Assembly (NCBI RefSeq): GCF_000621645.1
Contig: NZ_JHXR01000001.1
Coordinates: 1-32,000 of the forward strand
Reading direction: 5' to 3'
DNA length: 32,000 nt
Source of the DNA: Vibrio cholerae ATCC 14035
GTDB taxonomy: Bacteria; Pseudomonadota; Gammaproteobacteria; Enterobacterales; Vibrionaceae
Below, one piece after another: positions 19,142 to 28,477 of the stretch; position 1 is the first letter of the stretch, and each line of letters starts with the position of its first letter. The position numbers were made by a program, and so were the translations under genes. The notes beneath the pieces were generated by a model, which saw nothing but the letters and a program-made list of their open reading frames with translations, ran no database searches and was not told where the DNA came from.

Positions 19142-20596
19142 TTATTGGAGGGATAAAAAGCGCTCGCGTTGCACCATTAACTGGTCAATCCGCGCATCGT
19201 AACGGGCTTGCGCCAAGCTACCCAATTCCACCAACTGACTGGCTTGGGTATAAAACTGAATCGCTTTGTTCCAGTTTGCTTGCAGCGCCATGATTTCACC
19301 GCGTGCCGCTAAGTCTTCCGCACTGTTGCCTAAACGGCTATTGGCTTCAGACAGTAGTTGCCAACCATTGATGTCATTAGGATTGTCATGGGTGTAACGT
19401 TGCAAGATTCGAATGGCATCGGTGAACTTATCTTGCTTAAGCAGCACATTCGCATAGTTAATGGTCAACACTGAGTTATTTGGCGTCTGCTTGAGCGCCT
19501 TTTCTAACAAGCTTTGTGCTTTATCGGCTTGCTTGAGCTCAATATACAAATCGCTGATCGCATCGAGATAAAAATGATTGTCCGGTTGTTCTTTAACTAG
19601 CTGGGTCAACAGTGGCTCTGCTTTATCGAACTGTTTGAGATCGAGATAGACCAAGGCTTTGCCGTACTGGATAGACGGCTGTAGGGTGGCGTCGATTTTT
19701 TTCTCACTGCGAGCAAACCAATCCAACGCTGCGTCGGCATCAATGCCTGCATAACGAGCGATGATCCGTGCGCGCGCCAAATGATAATCCAAGTGTGGAG
19801 CAAGTTTGAGTGGCGGATATTGTCTGGCCCGCTCACGGCTATCGGTAATCCGGTCTTCTGGTAGTGGGTGAGTCAGCAGCATAGGGGGCGGCTTACTGGC
19901 GTAGCGATATTCATCAGCAAGGCGAGTGAAAAATTGCGGCATGGCGTTGGCGTCAAATCCGGCTTTGGCTAAGGTCGCGATACCAAATCGATCCGCTTCT
20001 TTTTCATTGCTACGCGTGTAGTTAATCTGGCCTTGGATGCTGCCCGCCATGGTGGCGTTGATCGCCGCAATTCCTGCTTCTGGGGCGGCAATCGCCAGCA
20101 GTAATGAACCGGCGAGCGCTGCGATTGTCGCGGGAGAGCGGCGTGCTTGTTCTTCCATGCTGCGCGCAAGGTGGCGTTGGGTGACGTGAGCAATTTCATG
20201 CGCCATGACCGACGCTAACTCACTTTCACTTTGCGCATGAAGGAACAACCCAGAGTGCAAGGCGACGTAACCACCAAAAAAGGCAAAAGCGTTGATGTTA
20301 CGATCGCGGATCATAAAAAAGGTGAACGGCGTTTTGACATCGTTGGCGCTGGCGACTAAACGATGTCCTAAATTATCAATGTACTCATTGAGCACAGGAT
20401 CGTTAATCACAGGTTGGTTATTGCGCAGCATACGCATATAAGCATCGCCATAAATCAGTTCTTGATCTATGGTCAGCGTCGAGCCCGCTACCGTGCCAAT
20501 ATCCGGCAATTCGATAGGATCATTTTGTGCGATGGCAGGAAGACATGGCGCTGCAATGCATAGACATAACAGGGTACGTGTCGGGAAGAATTTCAT
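19142..20596 (-). CDS. bepA: Beta-barrel assembly-enhancing protease BepA (M48 peptidase plus TPR)
   Basis: Signal peptide MKFFPTRTLLCLCIAAPCLPAIA, zinc motif HEIAHVTQRH and C-terminal TPR-like repeats. The ORF-track start at 20755 adds 53 non-signal residues, so Met at 20596 is preferred. Confidence 0.88.
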   Translation of the reverse strand: MKFFPTRTLLCLCIAAPCLPAIAQNDPIELPDIGTVAGSTLTIDQELIYGDAYMRMLRNNQPVINDPVLNEYIDNLGHRLVASANDVKTPFTFFMIRDRNINAFAFFGGYVALHSGLFLHAQSESELASVMAHEIAHVTQRHLARSMEEQARRSPATIAALAGSLLLAIAAPEAGIAAINATMAGSIQGQINYTRSNEKEADRFGIATLAKAGFDANAMPQFFTRLADEYRYASKPPPMLLTHPLPEDRITDSRERARQYPPLKLAPHLDYHLARARIIARYAGIDADAALDWFARSEKKIDATLQPSIQYGKALVYLDLKQFDKAEPLLTQLVKEQPDNHFYLDAISDLYIELKQADKAQSLLEKALKQTPNNSVLTINYANVLLKQDKFTDAIRILQRYTHDNPNDINGWQLLSEANSRLGNSAEDLAARGEIMALQANWNKAIQFYTQASQLVELGSLAQARYDARIDQLMVQRERFLSLQ

Positions 20597-20779
20597 AATG
20601 GCGGTGCATACTCCGAGTTTATCTGCCTGTAAGACATATCCGATGTCTATTGGTTTCTTGATTTGGCGTTCGAGCAGTGAATTTCCTGTCAAAATCGACC
20701 ACCCATTAACGCCAATTAGGTGTAACCCTGAACGAAAGCCGATACAATGTGCCACCTATATTAAGGATTAAGCGGCAGA

Positions 20780-21016
20780 ATGGAACCGATTATTCTCGAT
20801 TTGCGGGAGCAGCGTTGCCCTATGACGTTACTACTGGTTAAACGAGCCGCGGCAGCTCTATCGCCCGGTGAATCGCTGACCATTTTGATTGCCGATCCCG
20901 CCTCACAACGTGACATTGAAAAGTATATTGCTCAACAGCCGCTGGATTGTCAGCGCACTCTAAATCACGATCACTGTTCGCTCAAGGTTAGTAAGGAGAC
21001 TTCGTTTAATGTTTGA
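20780..21016 (+). CDS. TusA/SirA/YedF-family small sulfur-carrier-like protein
   Basis: 78 aa reading LDLREQRCPMTLLLVKRA...GESLTILIADPASQRDIEKY. This matches the TusA-family pattern (LD..G..CP.P ... GE.L....DP....DI) with the conserved Cys. Confidence 0.75.
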   Translation: MEPIILDLREQRCPMTLLLVKRAAAALSPGESLTILIADPASQRDIEKYIAQQPLDCQRTLNHDHCSLKVSKETSFNV

Positions 21017-22073
21017 AATGGTCAGTCGTTGGTATAAGCGACGCTTCTCCGATCCACACGCTGCCAGCTTGGTGGCGATTTTGTTGTTTGGTTTTATCAC
21101 CATCTACTTCTTTGGTCATTTGATTGCCCCTTTATTGGTGGCAATTGTACTCGCCTATCTGCTTGAGTGGCCCGTTACTCAACTGCGTCGATTACGAATT
21201 CCGCGCACCTTAGCGGTGATCATTGTGATTACGGTGTTCACTGGCTTGATGATTTTGGCGGTGTTTGGTTTGGTGCCAACGATTTGGAAGCAGGTGGGGA
21301 ATTTAATTAACGACGTGCCGAATATGTACAATGGTACGCAGAAATTCATCACCAGTCTGCCTGAACGTTATCCGGAATTGGCACATCTAGAGATTGTCGA
21401 ATCGGTAATCGGTAATGCGAAAAACAAAGTGCTAGGCATGGGCGAATCGGTGGTAAAAGGTTCTCTTGCGTCTCTGGTCAGCTTAGCCACGCTAGGGGTT
21501 TATCTGATTTTGGTGCCTCTATTAGTGTTCTTCTTGTTGAAAGATAAACAAGAGATGCTGCGGATGGCGAGTGGCATTTTGCCGCGTAACCGCAAGTTGG
21601 CGAATAAAGTTTGGGAAGAGATGAACCAACAAATCTCCAACTACATTCGTGGCAAAGTGCTGGAGATTGTTATCGTCGGCACAGTCAGTTACATCACGTT
21701 CGCGATTTTAGATCTGCGTTATTCCGTATTGCTGGCAGTCGCAGTCGGGCTTTCGGTATTGATCCCTTATATCGGCGCTGCAGCTGTAACCGTACCTGTT
21801 GCGATTGTGGCCTTGTTCCAATGGGGGCTGACCCCGCAGTTTTACACCTTGTTGATTGCTTACGGCATTATTCAGGCTTTGGACGGTAACGTTTTAGTGC
21901 CCGTACTTTTCTCTGAAGCGGTGAACCTACACCCGGTTGCGATCATTATTGCGGTACTCGTATTTGGCGGATTATGGGGCTTCTGGGGCGTGTTTTTTGC
22001 GATCCCATTAGCCACTCTCGTTAAGGCGGTGTGGAAAGCCTTACCAAGTATTGATGAAGAGCCCGCTTCCTAA
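21009..22073 (+). CDS. perM: AI-2E-family transporter (PerM/YfgO-type permease)
   Basis: 354 aa. The N-terminus MFEMVSRWYKRRFSDPHA... parallels E. coli PerM (MLEMLMQWYRRRFSDPEA...). Conserved blocks NYIRGKV and LVPVLFSEAVNLHP are present. Divergent from bepA, as in E. coli. Confidence 0.9.
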   Translation: MFEMVSRWYKRRFSDPHAASLVAILLFGFITIYFFGHLIAPLLVAIVLAYLLEWPVTQLRRLRIPRTLAVIIVITVFTGLMILAVFGLVPTIWKQVGNLINDVPNMYNGTQKFITSLPERYPELAHLEIVESVIGNAKNKVLGMGESVVKGSLASLVSLATLGVYLILVPLLVFFLLKDKQEMLRMASGILPRNRKLANKVWEEMNQQISNYIRGKVLEIVIVGTVSYITFAILDLRYSVLLAVAVGLSVLIPYIGAAAVTVPVAIVALFQWGLTPQFYTLLIAYGIIQALDGNVLVPVLFSEAVNLHPVAIIIAVLVFGGLWGFWGVFFAIPLATLVKAVWKALPSIDEEPAS

Positions 22074-22091
22074 AGAGGCCTAGTGGTGAAC

Positions 22092-22118
22092 AAAAAACCA
22101 GCATTTTGCTGGTTTTTT
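22092..22118 (+). terminator. Intrinsic terminator after perM
   Basis: aaaaaaccagc-atttt-gctggtttttt. Confidence 0.85.
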
Positions 22119-22263
22119 ATTGTCATTGAGTCCAAAACGAAAATTTCAGACTAAAGTTTGTAGAGAGAGTTGGCGATATAGCTCCTATAACAAAACCAAT
22201 TTAATCAACACTATTTATCGCAAATGGGCAAATCAGGGACCCAGAACAGAAGGATCGGACATT

Positions 22264-24135
22264 ATGAGGTTTAGTCAGAAGATCGTTGCCGCTTCATCGG
22301 CATTACTACTCTGTGTTATTGCACTGCTGTCATTCCAACAGCTCTCCACCGTTCGTGAGGAGATTGAGTCACTCGTTCAAGATAGCTTGATGGAGATGGT
22401 GAAAGGGGTCAAAAACACAATTGAGTCAGATCTTGCCAGTAAAAAGGGATTAGCGCAGTCGACCACTGAGATTTTACAGCTTGATCCAACCAACAAAGCA
22501 TTTGCTAAGAGTGTTTTAGAATCCCCCAACCTAAAAGGGAGCTTTTTAGCGATTGGTCTTGGCTATGAATCTGATGCGACCGTGGTCGAAAATGATGATG
22601 GTTGGGAGCCAAACGCAGATTACGACCCACGTAAGCGTCCTTGGTATGTGGATGCTAAGCGTGAAAGAAAGCTAGTGGTCACCGAGCCTTATGTCGATAT
22701 CTCGACCAAGAAAATCATCATCTCTATCGGTACGCCAGTTTATCAGCAGAGTAACTTTGTTGGTGCCATGTTCTATGACGTAGAGCTGACTCAGTTGGCG
22801 CAATTGGTTAACTCTGTGAATCTGTTTGATGCGGGTTACTTATTCATCACGACGAAAGACGGCGTTACCATTGCTCACCCGAATGCGGAAAACAATGGCG
22901 AAAAATTCAGTCAGTTTTTACCGAATGTCGATCTGAAAGAAGGAACCCAACGGATTGAGCTGGACGGTAAATACTATCTGGTTAAATTTGCCCAAGTGCC
23001 ATCTGAGAGTTGGTATATCGGCGCTGTGGTGGATGAATCGATCGCGTTTGCGATGGTGGATGATTTACGCCACAGCTCATTGATTTATACCGTTATTGGC
23101 GTATTGCTCAGTATCATTGGCTTAAGCTTCCTAATCAAAGTGCTGATGAAGCCTCTGGGTGCGCTGAGTCGAGCCATTGAAGATGTAGCTTCAGGTCAAG
23201 GGGATTTAACTAAACGTTTGGACACCAACACCGATATGGAATTTGCAATATTGGCGAAGGATTTCAACGTGTTCTGCGAAACGTTGCAAAAACGTATCCA
23301 ACACCTAAAAGGGATTGGCGCGGAAATCATGCATGGTACCGAGCAAACGGTACTGGGTGCGCATGAGTCGGCCAGTGCCATGGCGCAGCAGTTGCAAGAG
23401 CTGGAGCAGCTCGCGACGGCAATGCATGAGATGGCGGTAACGGCGACAGAAGTAGCGAATAACGCGCAAGGAGCAGCGGCTGCGGCTCACGAGGCTGATG
23501 AAGCTTCACAAGATGGCAGTAAAGTGGTGAGTGATACCACGCGATCGATTGATGCGCTTTCTGCTCGTATCGAACAAGCGGTAGAAGAGGTCAAAGGACT
23601 AGAAGTGGCGACCGGAAATATCGAAACCATTTTGAAAGTTATTAACGATATTGCTGATCAAACCAACTTGCTGGCACTTAATGCGGCGATTGAAGCCGCG
23701 CGCGCGGGGGAATCGGGTCGAGGTTTTGCGGTGGTTGCCGATGAAGTTCGGACGTTGGCACAGCGTACGCAACAATCGACCACGGAAATTCGCAATATGA
23801 TCGAACAGTTGCAAAGCGGTGCGAGTGCGGTTTCTGCTGCGATGAATGAGAGTAAGTACACGGCGGATGATGCTGTGCAGAAGGCGCAGCTTGCTAATGA
23901 ATCTCTGCAACGGATTCGTGGTGCTATCCAACGGATCAGCGATATGAACATGCAGATTGCTTCTGCAGCGGAAGAGCAAAGTCTCGTTGCCGAGGAGATC
24001 AACACCAATACGGTGAAGATTAAAGACCTCTCGACTCAGGTGGCGGACTCCGCTAAATCAGCGAGTATGGCCATGGAAGTACAAACCGAAAACGTGCGCG
24101 AGCAAGGCAAACTCCTCAACACCTTTATCGTGTAG
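22264..24135 (+). CDS. Methyl-accepting chemotaxis protein with a periplasmic dCache-type sensor
   Basis: Reads [24 protein letters not shown] (TM1). The Cache hallmark YDPRKRPWY is present, followed by a second TM, a HAMP domain and the conserved signalling hairpin ([34 protein letters not shown]). The ORF-track start at 22120 is rejected. Confidence 0.9.
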   Translation: MRFSQKIVAASSALLLCVIALLSFQQLSTVREEIESLVQDSLMEMVKGVKNTIESDLASKKGLAQSTTEILQLDPTNKAFAKSVLESPNLKGSFLAIGLGYESDATVVENDDGWEPNADYDPRKRPWYVDAKRERKLVVTEPYVDISTKKIIISIGTPVYQQSNFVGAMFYDVELTQLAQLVNSVNLFDAGYLFITTKDGVTIAHPNAENNGEKFSQFLPNVDLKEGTQRIELDGKYYLVKFAQVPSESWYIGAVVDESIAFAMVDDLRHSSLIYTVIGVLLSIIGLSFLIKVLMKPLGALSRAIEDVASGQGDLTKRLDTNTDMEFAILAKDFNVFCETLQKRIQHLKGIGAEIMHGTEQTVLGAHESASAMAQQLQELEQLATAMHEMAVTATEVANNAQGAAAAAHEADEASQDGSKVVSDTTRSIDALSARIEQAVEEVKGLEVATGNIETILKVINDIADQTNLLALNAAIEAARAGESGRGFAVVADEVRTLAQRTQQSTTEIRNMIEQLQSGASAVSAAMNESKYTADDAVQKAQLANESLQRIRGAIQRISDMNMQIASAAEEQSLVAEEINTNTVKIKDLSTQVADSAKSASMAMEVQTENVREQGKLLNTFIV

Positions 24136-24168
24136 CGTTTTGACCTACGCATTTCGAATGCCAACAAT

Positions 24169-24200
24169 AAGGCCAGTCAATGACTGGCCTTAATCTTTTC
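24169..24200. terminator. Intrinsic terminator between the convergent MCP and bcp genes
   Basis: aaggccag-tcaatga-ctggcctt followed by aatcttttc. Confidence 0.75.
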
Positions 24201-24236
24201 TGTATTTAAACGGACTAAAATCGGCATTTCTACCGA

Positions 24237-24704
24237 TTATTTGCCGCTGAGATAAGCCAGTACCACTTCATGGTGGTTGCTGGTTTTAAACTTATCAAAG
24301 ACTTGCTCAATCACACCTTGTTCATTGATCAAAAAGCTGATGCGATGTAAGCCATCAAAGATTTTACCCATGAACTTTTTCTCACCCCATACGCCAAACT
24401 GTTCAGCCACTTGGTGATCTTCATCTGATAACAGTGAGAAGTTGAGATTATCACGCTCAATGAACTTGCCTAATCGCTTCACGGGGTCGGTACTCACCCC
24501 CAGCACTACCACATTGTGTCCTTGCAGCTCCGCTTGAATATCGCGTAGTCCTTGTGCCTGCACTGTGCAGCCTGGCGTCATGGCTTTGGGGTAAAAGTAG
24601 AGCAGAACTTTTTTGCCTGCAAAATCCGCAAGCGTCACTGGATTGCCATTTTGATCTGGTAAAGAGAAAGCCGGAGCTGGAGTTCCAGCAGTAAGCGTAT
24701 TCAT
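24237..24704 (-). CDS. bcp: Thiol peroxidase / peroxiredoxin Bcp
   Basis: 155 aa reading APAFSLPDQNG...VLLYFYPKAMTPGCTVQA, with the peroxidatic Cys in the PxxxTxxC motif. Confidence 0.93.
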   Translation of the reverse strand: MNTLTAGTPAPAFSLPDQNGNPVTLADFAGKKVLLYFYPKAMTPGCTVQAQGLRDIQAELQGHNVVVLGVSTDPVKRLGKFIERDNLNFSLLSDEDHQVAEQFGVWGEKKFMGKIFDGLHRISFLINEQGVIEQVFDKFKTSNHHEVVLAYLSGK

Positions 24705-24718
24705 AATGATCCCTTTGA

Positions 24719-25261
24719 TTACTGACTGTTTTTTATAAAGTTAAGTGAACCCTGAACATCAAGTGCTGTACATAAGGCATCAAACTCTTCTTGCAACTGC
24801 ATGAGGTTACAACCTGAGTCCACTCGCGCGCTGATGGCGATGTGGAACTGATTTTGCTCACTGTGCAGTTTGTCTTTGCTGATGGTTTGTGCGCTTAGTG
24901 ATGCCATACCGATTTGGCGCTGTGCGAAAAATTGGGTGAACTTTTCGGTCAGCCCCAGTTTATCGTCAGACTCTACGTACACTTCCACGGTATAAGCGTG
25001 GGTTTGATGATCATGAGGTGATGTACGTTTCATCATGGTGATCAGATCATGCTGTTGGCCAAGCAAAGGTAACGTGGTTTCGACGCGAGTAATGTTGCTT
25101 GGGGAGCCAGAAATTAACATCAAAAGTGTAAATTCTTTTCCAAACATAGCGATGCGGCTATCAATAATGTTGCAACCCGCTTGGGTCACTAATCGAACCA
25201 CTTCGTTACAAATGCCGGGTCTGTCAGTGCCCACGGCGGTGATCACAAGATGCTGAGTCAT
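24719..25261 (-). CDS. gcvR: Glycine cleavage system transcriptional repressor GcvR (tandem ACT domains)
   Basis: 180 aa reading LVITAVGTDRPGICNEVVRLV. It shows gcvR-bcp synteny and is divergent from dapA, as in E. coli. Confidence 0.85.
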   Translation of the reverse strand: MTQHLVITAVGTDRPGICNEVVRLVTQAGCNIIDSRIAMFGKEFTLLMLISGSPSNITRVETTLPLLGQQHDLITMMKRTSPHDHQTHAYTVEVYVESDDKLGLTEKFTQFFAQRQIGMASLSAQTISKDKLHSEQNQFHIAISARVDSGCNLMQLQEEFDALCTALDVQGSLNFIKNSQ

Positions 25262-25538
25262 ACTGTCACTTTAGAGATGATTTTTCGGGCATGTTAACAC
25301 AGTTAAACTAGAGAAAAAGCGTGACCAAGTGCGTTTTTCCGTGCGCTCACCCTGAAAATGACCACAGTTTGACACCCACGACGAAGTGCCGTGTATAAAG
25401 GTCACTCGTCTTGCCCGCCATTTATTGAGGGCATCTTATCAATATTCATCCGCATGGTGATTTAAGCCCATTTCTCCGCTTGTCTTTTTTTAGCGCCATG
25501 CATTACCATGCTGAGAGTATCAGATTAGGGAGATAGAC

Positions 25539-26417
25539 ATGTTTTCAGGAAGTATCGTTGCGTTAATTACCCCATTTACTCCGGACGGTGAAGTCGATTA
25601 TATCAGCCTGAAAAAGCTGGTCGATTTCCATGTTGATGCAGGAACCGATGCGATTGTTTCCGTTGGCACCACCGGTGAATCCGCGACGCTAACGGTCGAA
25701 GAACACGTGAAAGTAGTAGCAAAAACGGTGGAGTTCGCTGAAGGTCGTCTGCCTATTATTGCTGGAACAGGCGCAAATGCGACCCATGAAGCGGTCACTT
25801 TTAGCCGCCTGCTGAACAACACAGGTATTGCAGGGTATTTGAGTGTCACGCCTTATTACAATAAGCCGACCCAAGAAGGTCTGTTCCTGCACTACAACGC
25901 GATTGCGCAAGAAACCGATATTCCCGTGATTTTGTACAACGTGCCGGGACGTACCGCTGTGGATATGCGTCCAGAAACCGTTGCCCGTTTATCTGAAATC
26001 AAGAACATTGTCGCACTGAAAGATGCAACCGGTGATTTAAGCCGTGTTGCGAAGCACCGTGAGATGTGTAAAGAAGGTTTTGTCCTACTCAGCGGTGATG
26101 ATGCCACAGGCCTTGAGTTCGTCAAACTCGGGGGGCAAGGTGTGATTTCAGTGACCAACAATATCGCTGCTGCCGACATGGCGAAGATGATGCATTTGGC
26201 GCTGGATGGTAAGTTTGACGAAGCGGCGAGCATCAACCAACGCTTGATGACACTGCATAAAAATCTGTTTATCGAATCGAGCCCAATTCCAGTGAAATGG
26301 GCAGCCCATAAGATGGGATTGATTGCAAATGGTGATCTGCGTCTACCTTTGACGCAACTTTCGGAACCAGCACGCCCAATCGTTGCCCAAGCCCTGTCTG
26401 AAGCCTGTATTTATTAA
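25539..26417 (+). CDS. dapA: 4-hydroxy-tetrahydrodipicolinate synthase
   Basis: 292 aa reading [13 protein letters not shown]...GTTGESATL...YNVPGRT...ALKDATGD, which includes the Schiff-base Lys context. Confidence 0.95.
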   Translation: MFSGSIVALITPFTPDGEVDYISLKKLVDFHVDAGTDAIVSVGTTGESATLTVEEHVKVVAKTVEFAEGRLPIIAGTGANATHEAVTFSRLLNNTGIAGYLSVTPYYNKPTQEGLFLHYNAIAQETDIPVILYNVPGRTAVDMRPETVARLSEIKNIVALKDATGDLSRVAKHREMCKEGFVLLSGDDATGLEFVKLGGQGVISVTNNIAAADMAKMMHLALDGKFDEAASINQRLMTLHKNLFIESSPIPVKWAAHKMGLIANGDLRLPLTQLSEPARPIVAQALSEACIY

Positions 26418-26434
26418 GGCGCGATCCATTACAA

Positions 26435-26464
26435 TGCCGGGGTATCATGACCCCGGCAATTTTT
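26435..26464 (+). terminator. Intrinsic terminator/attenuator between dapA and bamC
   Basis: tgccggggt-atcatg-accccggca followed by attttt. The T-tract runs directly into the bamC SD (aggag). Confidence 0.65.
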
Positions 26465-26474
26465 AGGAGTTTCA

Positions 26475-27494
26475 ATGAAGTTTTCTCGCCAGCTAGTTCT
26501 CAGTTCACTGGCTGTTTTGGTTTTAAGTGCTTGCTCCAGCAGCCCCACGCAACGACGCCAAGCCAAAGACGATTTCGACTATCTCGAAACCATAGAATTT
26601 AAGCCTTGGGTTTTGCCACAAGGTGCCACTCCGCAGTTTTATCCTAACTATGATATTCCGCAGGGGGCGTTTCATGGTGGCGTGGGCAATGTGGTCGATA
26701 TTCGCCCGCCACAACAAGTGTTGGAACTCATCCCAGGTGCTCGCGCAGAACGTCAAAATGGCGAAGTGACCTTATGGATGTTGCGCCAAGATGAAGCGCA
26801 AAAAGTGTGGGATACCGCACTGAAAATGATTGCGGAGCGCAAAATCCCTCTTCGTAAGCAAACCGATTCTATGGTGGAAACGGACTGGGTCGATTGGGTA
26901 TCAGAAGATGAAGATGTGACGATTGGCAGCCGCTACTTAATGTCGATGGTGGAAACCAATAATCGTTATGGCTTTAAAATTTCGCTGATTGGTTGGCGTG
27001 AAAATGGTCAAGTGCAAACGGTCAGTACCACCAATAAAGAGCGTTACAACGCCTTTATGACCAACTTGGTCACCACTCGTTACGACTCCGATGTGCGTGC
27101 GGAAGCGGCGCGCCGTGCTCAAGAGCTGGTTAAGCAAATTCCGATTACCATGGGCTCAGATCGCAGTGGATTCCCTGTGATCATTGCGCGTACGCCTTAC
27201 GATGTACTGTGGCAACGTTTGCCAGAGTTACTGCCCAAAATGGGCTTTACTATTGAAGAGCGTAACCAGTCACAAGGCACGGTCAAAGCCAAATACGCTG
27301 CACCAGATGATGAATTCTGGCAACAGGTTGGGGTTAAACCGATTGAGCTTAAATCCGGGACTTACACCTTCCTCTTTGGTGACTTGGGTAACCGTACGTC
27401 GATTAACGTGACTGACTCAGCGGGTAAACCGGTCAACGAAGCGCTGTTGAAAGAGATGGTGCCAGTGCTCTCAGCTGTGGTGGATAAGAAGTAA
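26475..27494 (+). CDS. bamC: Outer-membrane protein assembly factor BamC (NlpB) lipoprotein
   Basis: 339 aa with signal and lipobox MKFSRQLVLSSLAVLVLSAC. It follows dapA, as in E. coli. Confidence 0.88.
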   Translation: MKFSRQLVLSSLAVLVLSACSSSPTQRRQAKDDFDYLETIEFKPWVLPQGATPQFYPNYDIPQGAFHGGVGNVVDIRPPQQVLELIPGARAERQNGEVTLWMLRQDEAQKVWDTALKMIAERKIPLRKQTDSMVETDWVDWVSEDEDVTIGSRYLMSMVETNNRYGFKISLIGWRENGQVQTVSTTNKERYNAFMTNLVTTRYDSDVRAEAARRAQELVKQIPITMGSDRSGFPVIIARTPYDVLWQRLPELLPKMGFTIEERNQSQGTVKAKYAAPDDEFWQQVGVKPIELKSGTYTFLFGDLGNRTSINVTDSAGKPVNEALLKEMVPVLSAVVDKK

Positions 27495-27503
27495 TAAAAA
27501 AGA

Positions 27504-27531
27504 AGGGATGCCAAGGCATCCCTTTGTTTTT
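27504..27531 (+). terminator. Intrinsic terminator after bamC
   Basis: agggatg-ccaagg-catccct followed by ttgttttt. Confidence 0.8.
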
Positions 27532-27534
27532 GTG

Positions 27535-27575
27535 GTCACCCCTAAACCACCGCTTTTAGCGGTAGTCATTGTTTT
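27535..27575. repeat. 41-nt hairpin element, copy B
   Basis: gtcacccctaaaccaccgcttttagcggtagtcattgtttt matches 17662-17702 at 38 of 41 positions. Confidence 0.85.
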
Positions 27576-27586
27576 GCGATTTGTCG

Positions 27587-27799
27587 TTACCCGTTATCTT
27601 TAGGTTCAGAGGGAGTATCCGTGCCTTTGGGTGAGCGCGGATATCTCTTCTGATCCAGTTCATTCAGCCGATCAAGTTCGCTTTTTTTATCCATTTGCCC
27701 AAATTTCATGTTGGCGGTGTATTTAAGCGCGGCAATATTCCCGACAATCACGGCGACCACAATCAACGAGATCACCCAAGGGTTAAACAGTATCTCCAT
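27587..27799 (-). CDS. Small single-pass membrane protein (YpfN/UPF0370-like architecture)
   Basis: 70 aa reading MEILFNPWVISLIVVAVIVGNIAALKY (TM helix), then a charged tail. SD gagg lies 6 nt before ATG 27799, and the gene starts 1 nt after the M15 peptidase stop. The ORF-track start at 27811 is a GTG. Confidence 0.65.
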   Translation of the reverse strand: MEILFNPWVISLIVVAVIVGNIAALKYTANMKFGQMDKKSELDRLNELDQKRYPRSPKGTDTPSEPKDNG

Positions 27800-27800
27800 G

Positions 27801-28475
27801 TTATGCCTCACAAATATTCGTGATGAAGCGCTGATAAATCTCCGGCAACAGCGCTTGGACTGTCGTTTTTCCTTCCATCGCTACGGCAGAGAGCTGCTCA
27901 AGCAATAGGGGCTCACTTAGTGCTGCTAAGCATTGCTGCGCAGTCTGTTTATGACTGATATGCCAAGGTTCAAAGCCAATGCCTTCACCATGCTGATAGG
28001 GTAGGAAAAAACCAAATTGAGCAAGATGTGCGTTTAGCCATTGAGAGAACTCACTTTGATGCCCTTCAAGATATTCCCACGGTTCAAGCAGCAGACTGGT
28101 GTTCTCTGGTAAAGCATCGCGGTCATACACATCAAAATCCGTTCCCCAATGGTGACGACTTGCGCCCGGCAAGGCTGACCAGCGTAATATGGCTAACACT
28201 TTTTCAGCTTCACTCAGTGTGTTGCTATGCAATGGCTGGCTATGTTCATCGAGCAGCGGTTTTTGACCGAGCATTTTCTGGTTCCAGATCGCCAGTTGGC
28301 GTTCAAAGGAGCGAAAACCACTGGCGATACAAAGATTAAACCCTGCATCTTGCGCCGCTTGCTTGAGTGCTAAAAGATCCGCACTCACTTGGGGATGCAC
28401 TTGAAACGCTTTTTGTCCGACCATCACGGAGATCAAATGTGTGTCGGTTTGCCCGGTCAGCTGCTCTGGGGTCAT
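27801..28475 (-). CDS. M15-family zinc metallopeptidase (VanY/D-Ala-D-Ala or LD-carboxypeptidase-like)
   Basis: Contains SGFRSFERQ, SRHHWGTDFD and EPWHISH, which correspond to the M15 zinc-ligand H/D/H blocks. Met at 28475 lies 2 nt after the dapE stop. The ORF-track start at 28550 would overlap dapE by 73 nt. Confidence 0.8.
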   Translation of the reverse strand: MTPEQLTGQTDTHLISVMVGQKAFQVHPQVSADLLALKQAAQDAGFNLCIASGFRSFERQLAIWNQKMLGQKPLLDEHSQPLHSNTLSEAEKVLAILRWSALPGASRHHWGTDFDVYDRDALPENTSLLLEPWEYLEGHQSEFSQWLNAHLAQFGFFLPYQHGEGIGFEPWHISHKQTAQQCLAALSEPLLLEQLSAVAMEGKTTVQALLPEIYQRFITNICEA

Positions 28476-28477
28476 AG

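Noticed and set aside
23196-24008. Antisense ORFs opposite the MCP signalling domain (up to 126 aa).
   Set aside because: This is the same artefact. The Ala/Glu/Gln-rich coiled-coil coding region gives open antisense frames, and there is no independent support.
25262-25538. Possible lysine riboswitch or other leader in the 277-bp gcvR-dapA intergenic region.
   Set aside because: I could not find the conserved L-box core elements or a convincing terminator/antiterminator pair, and dapA is not a classical L-box target. A covariance-model scan would be needed to exclude it formally.
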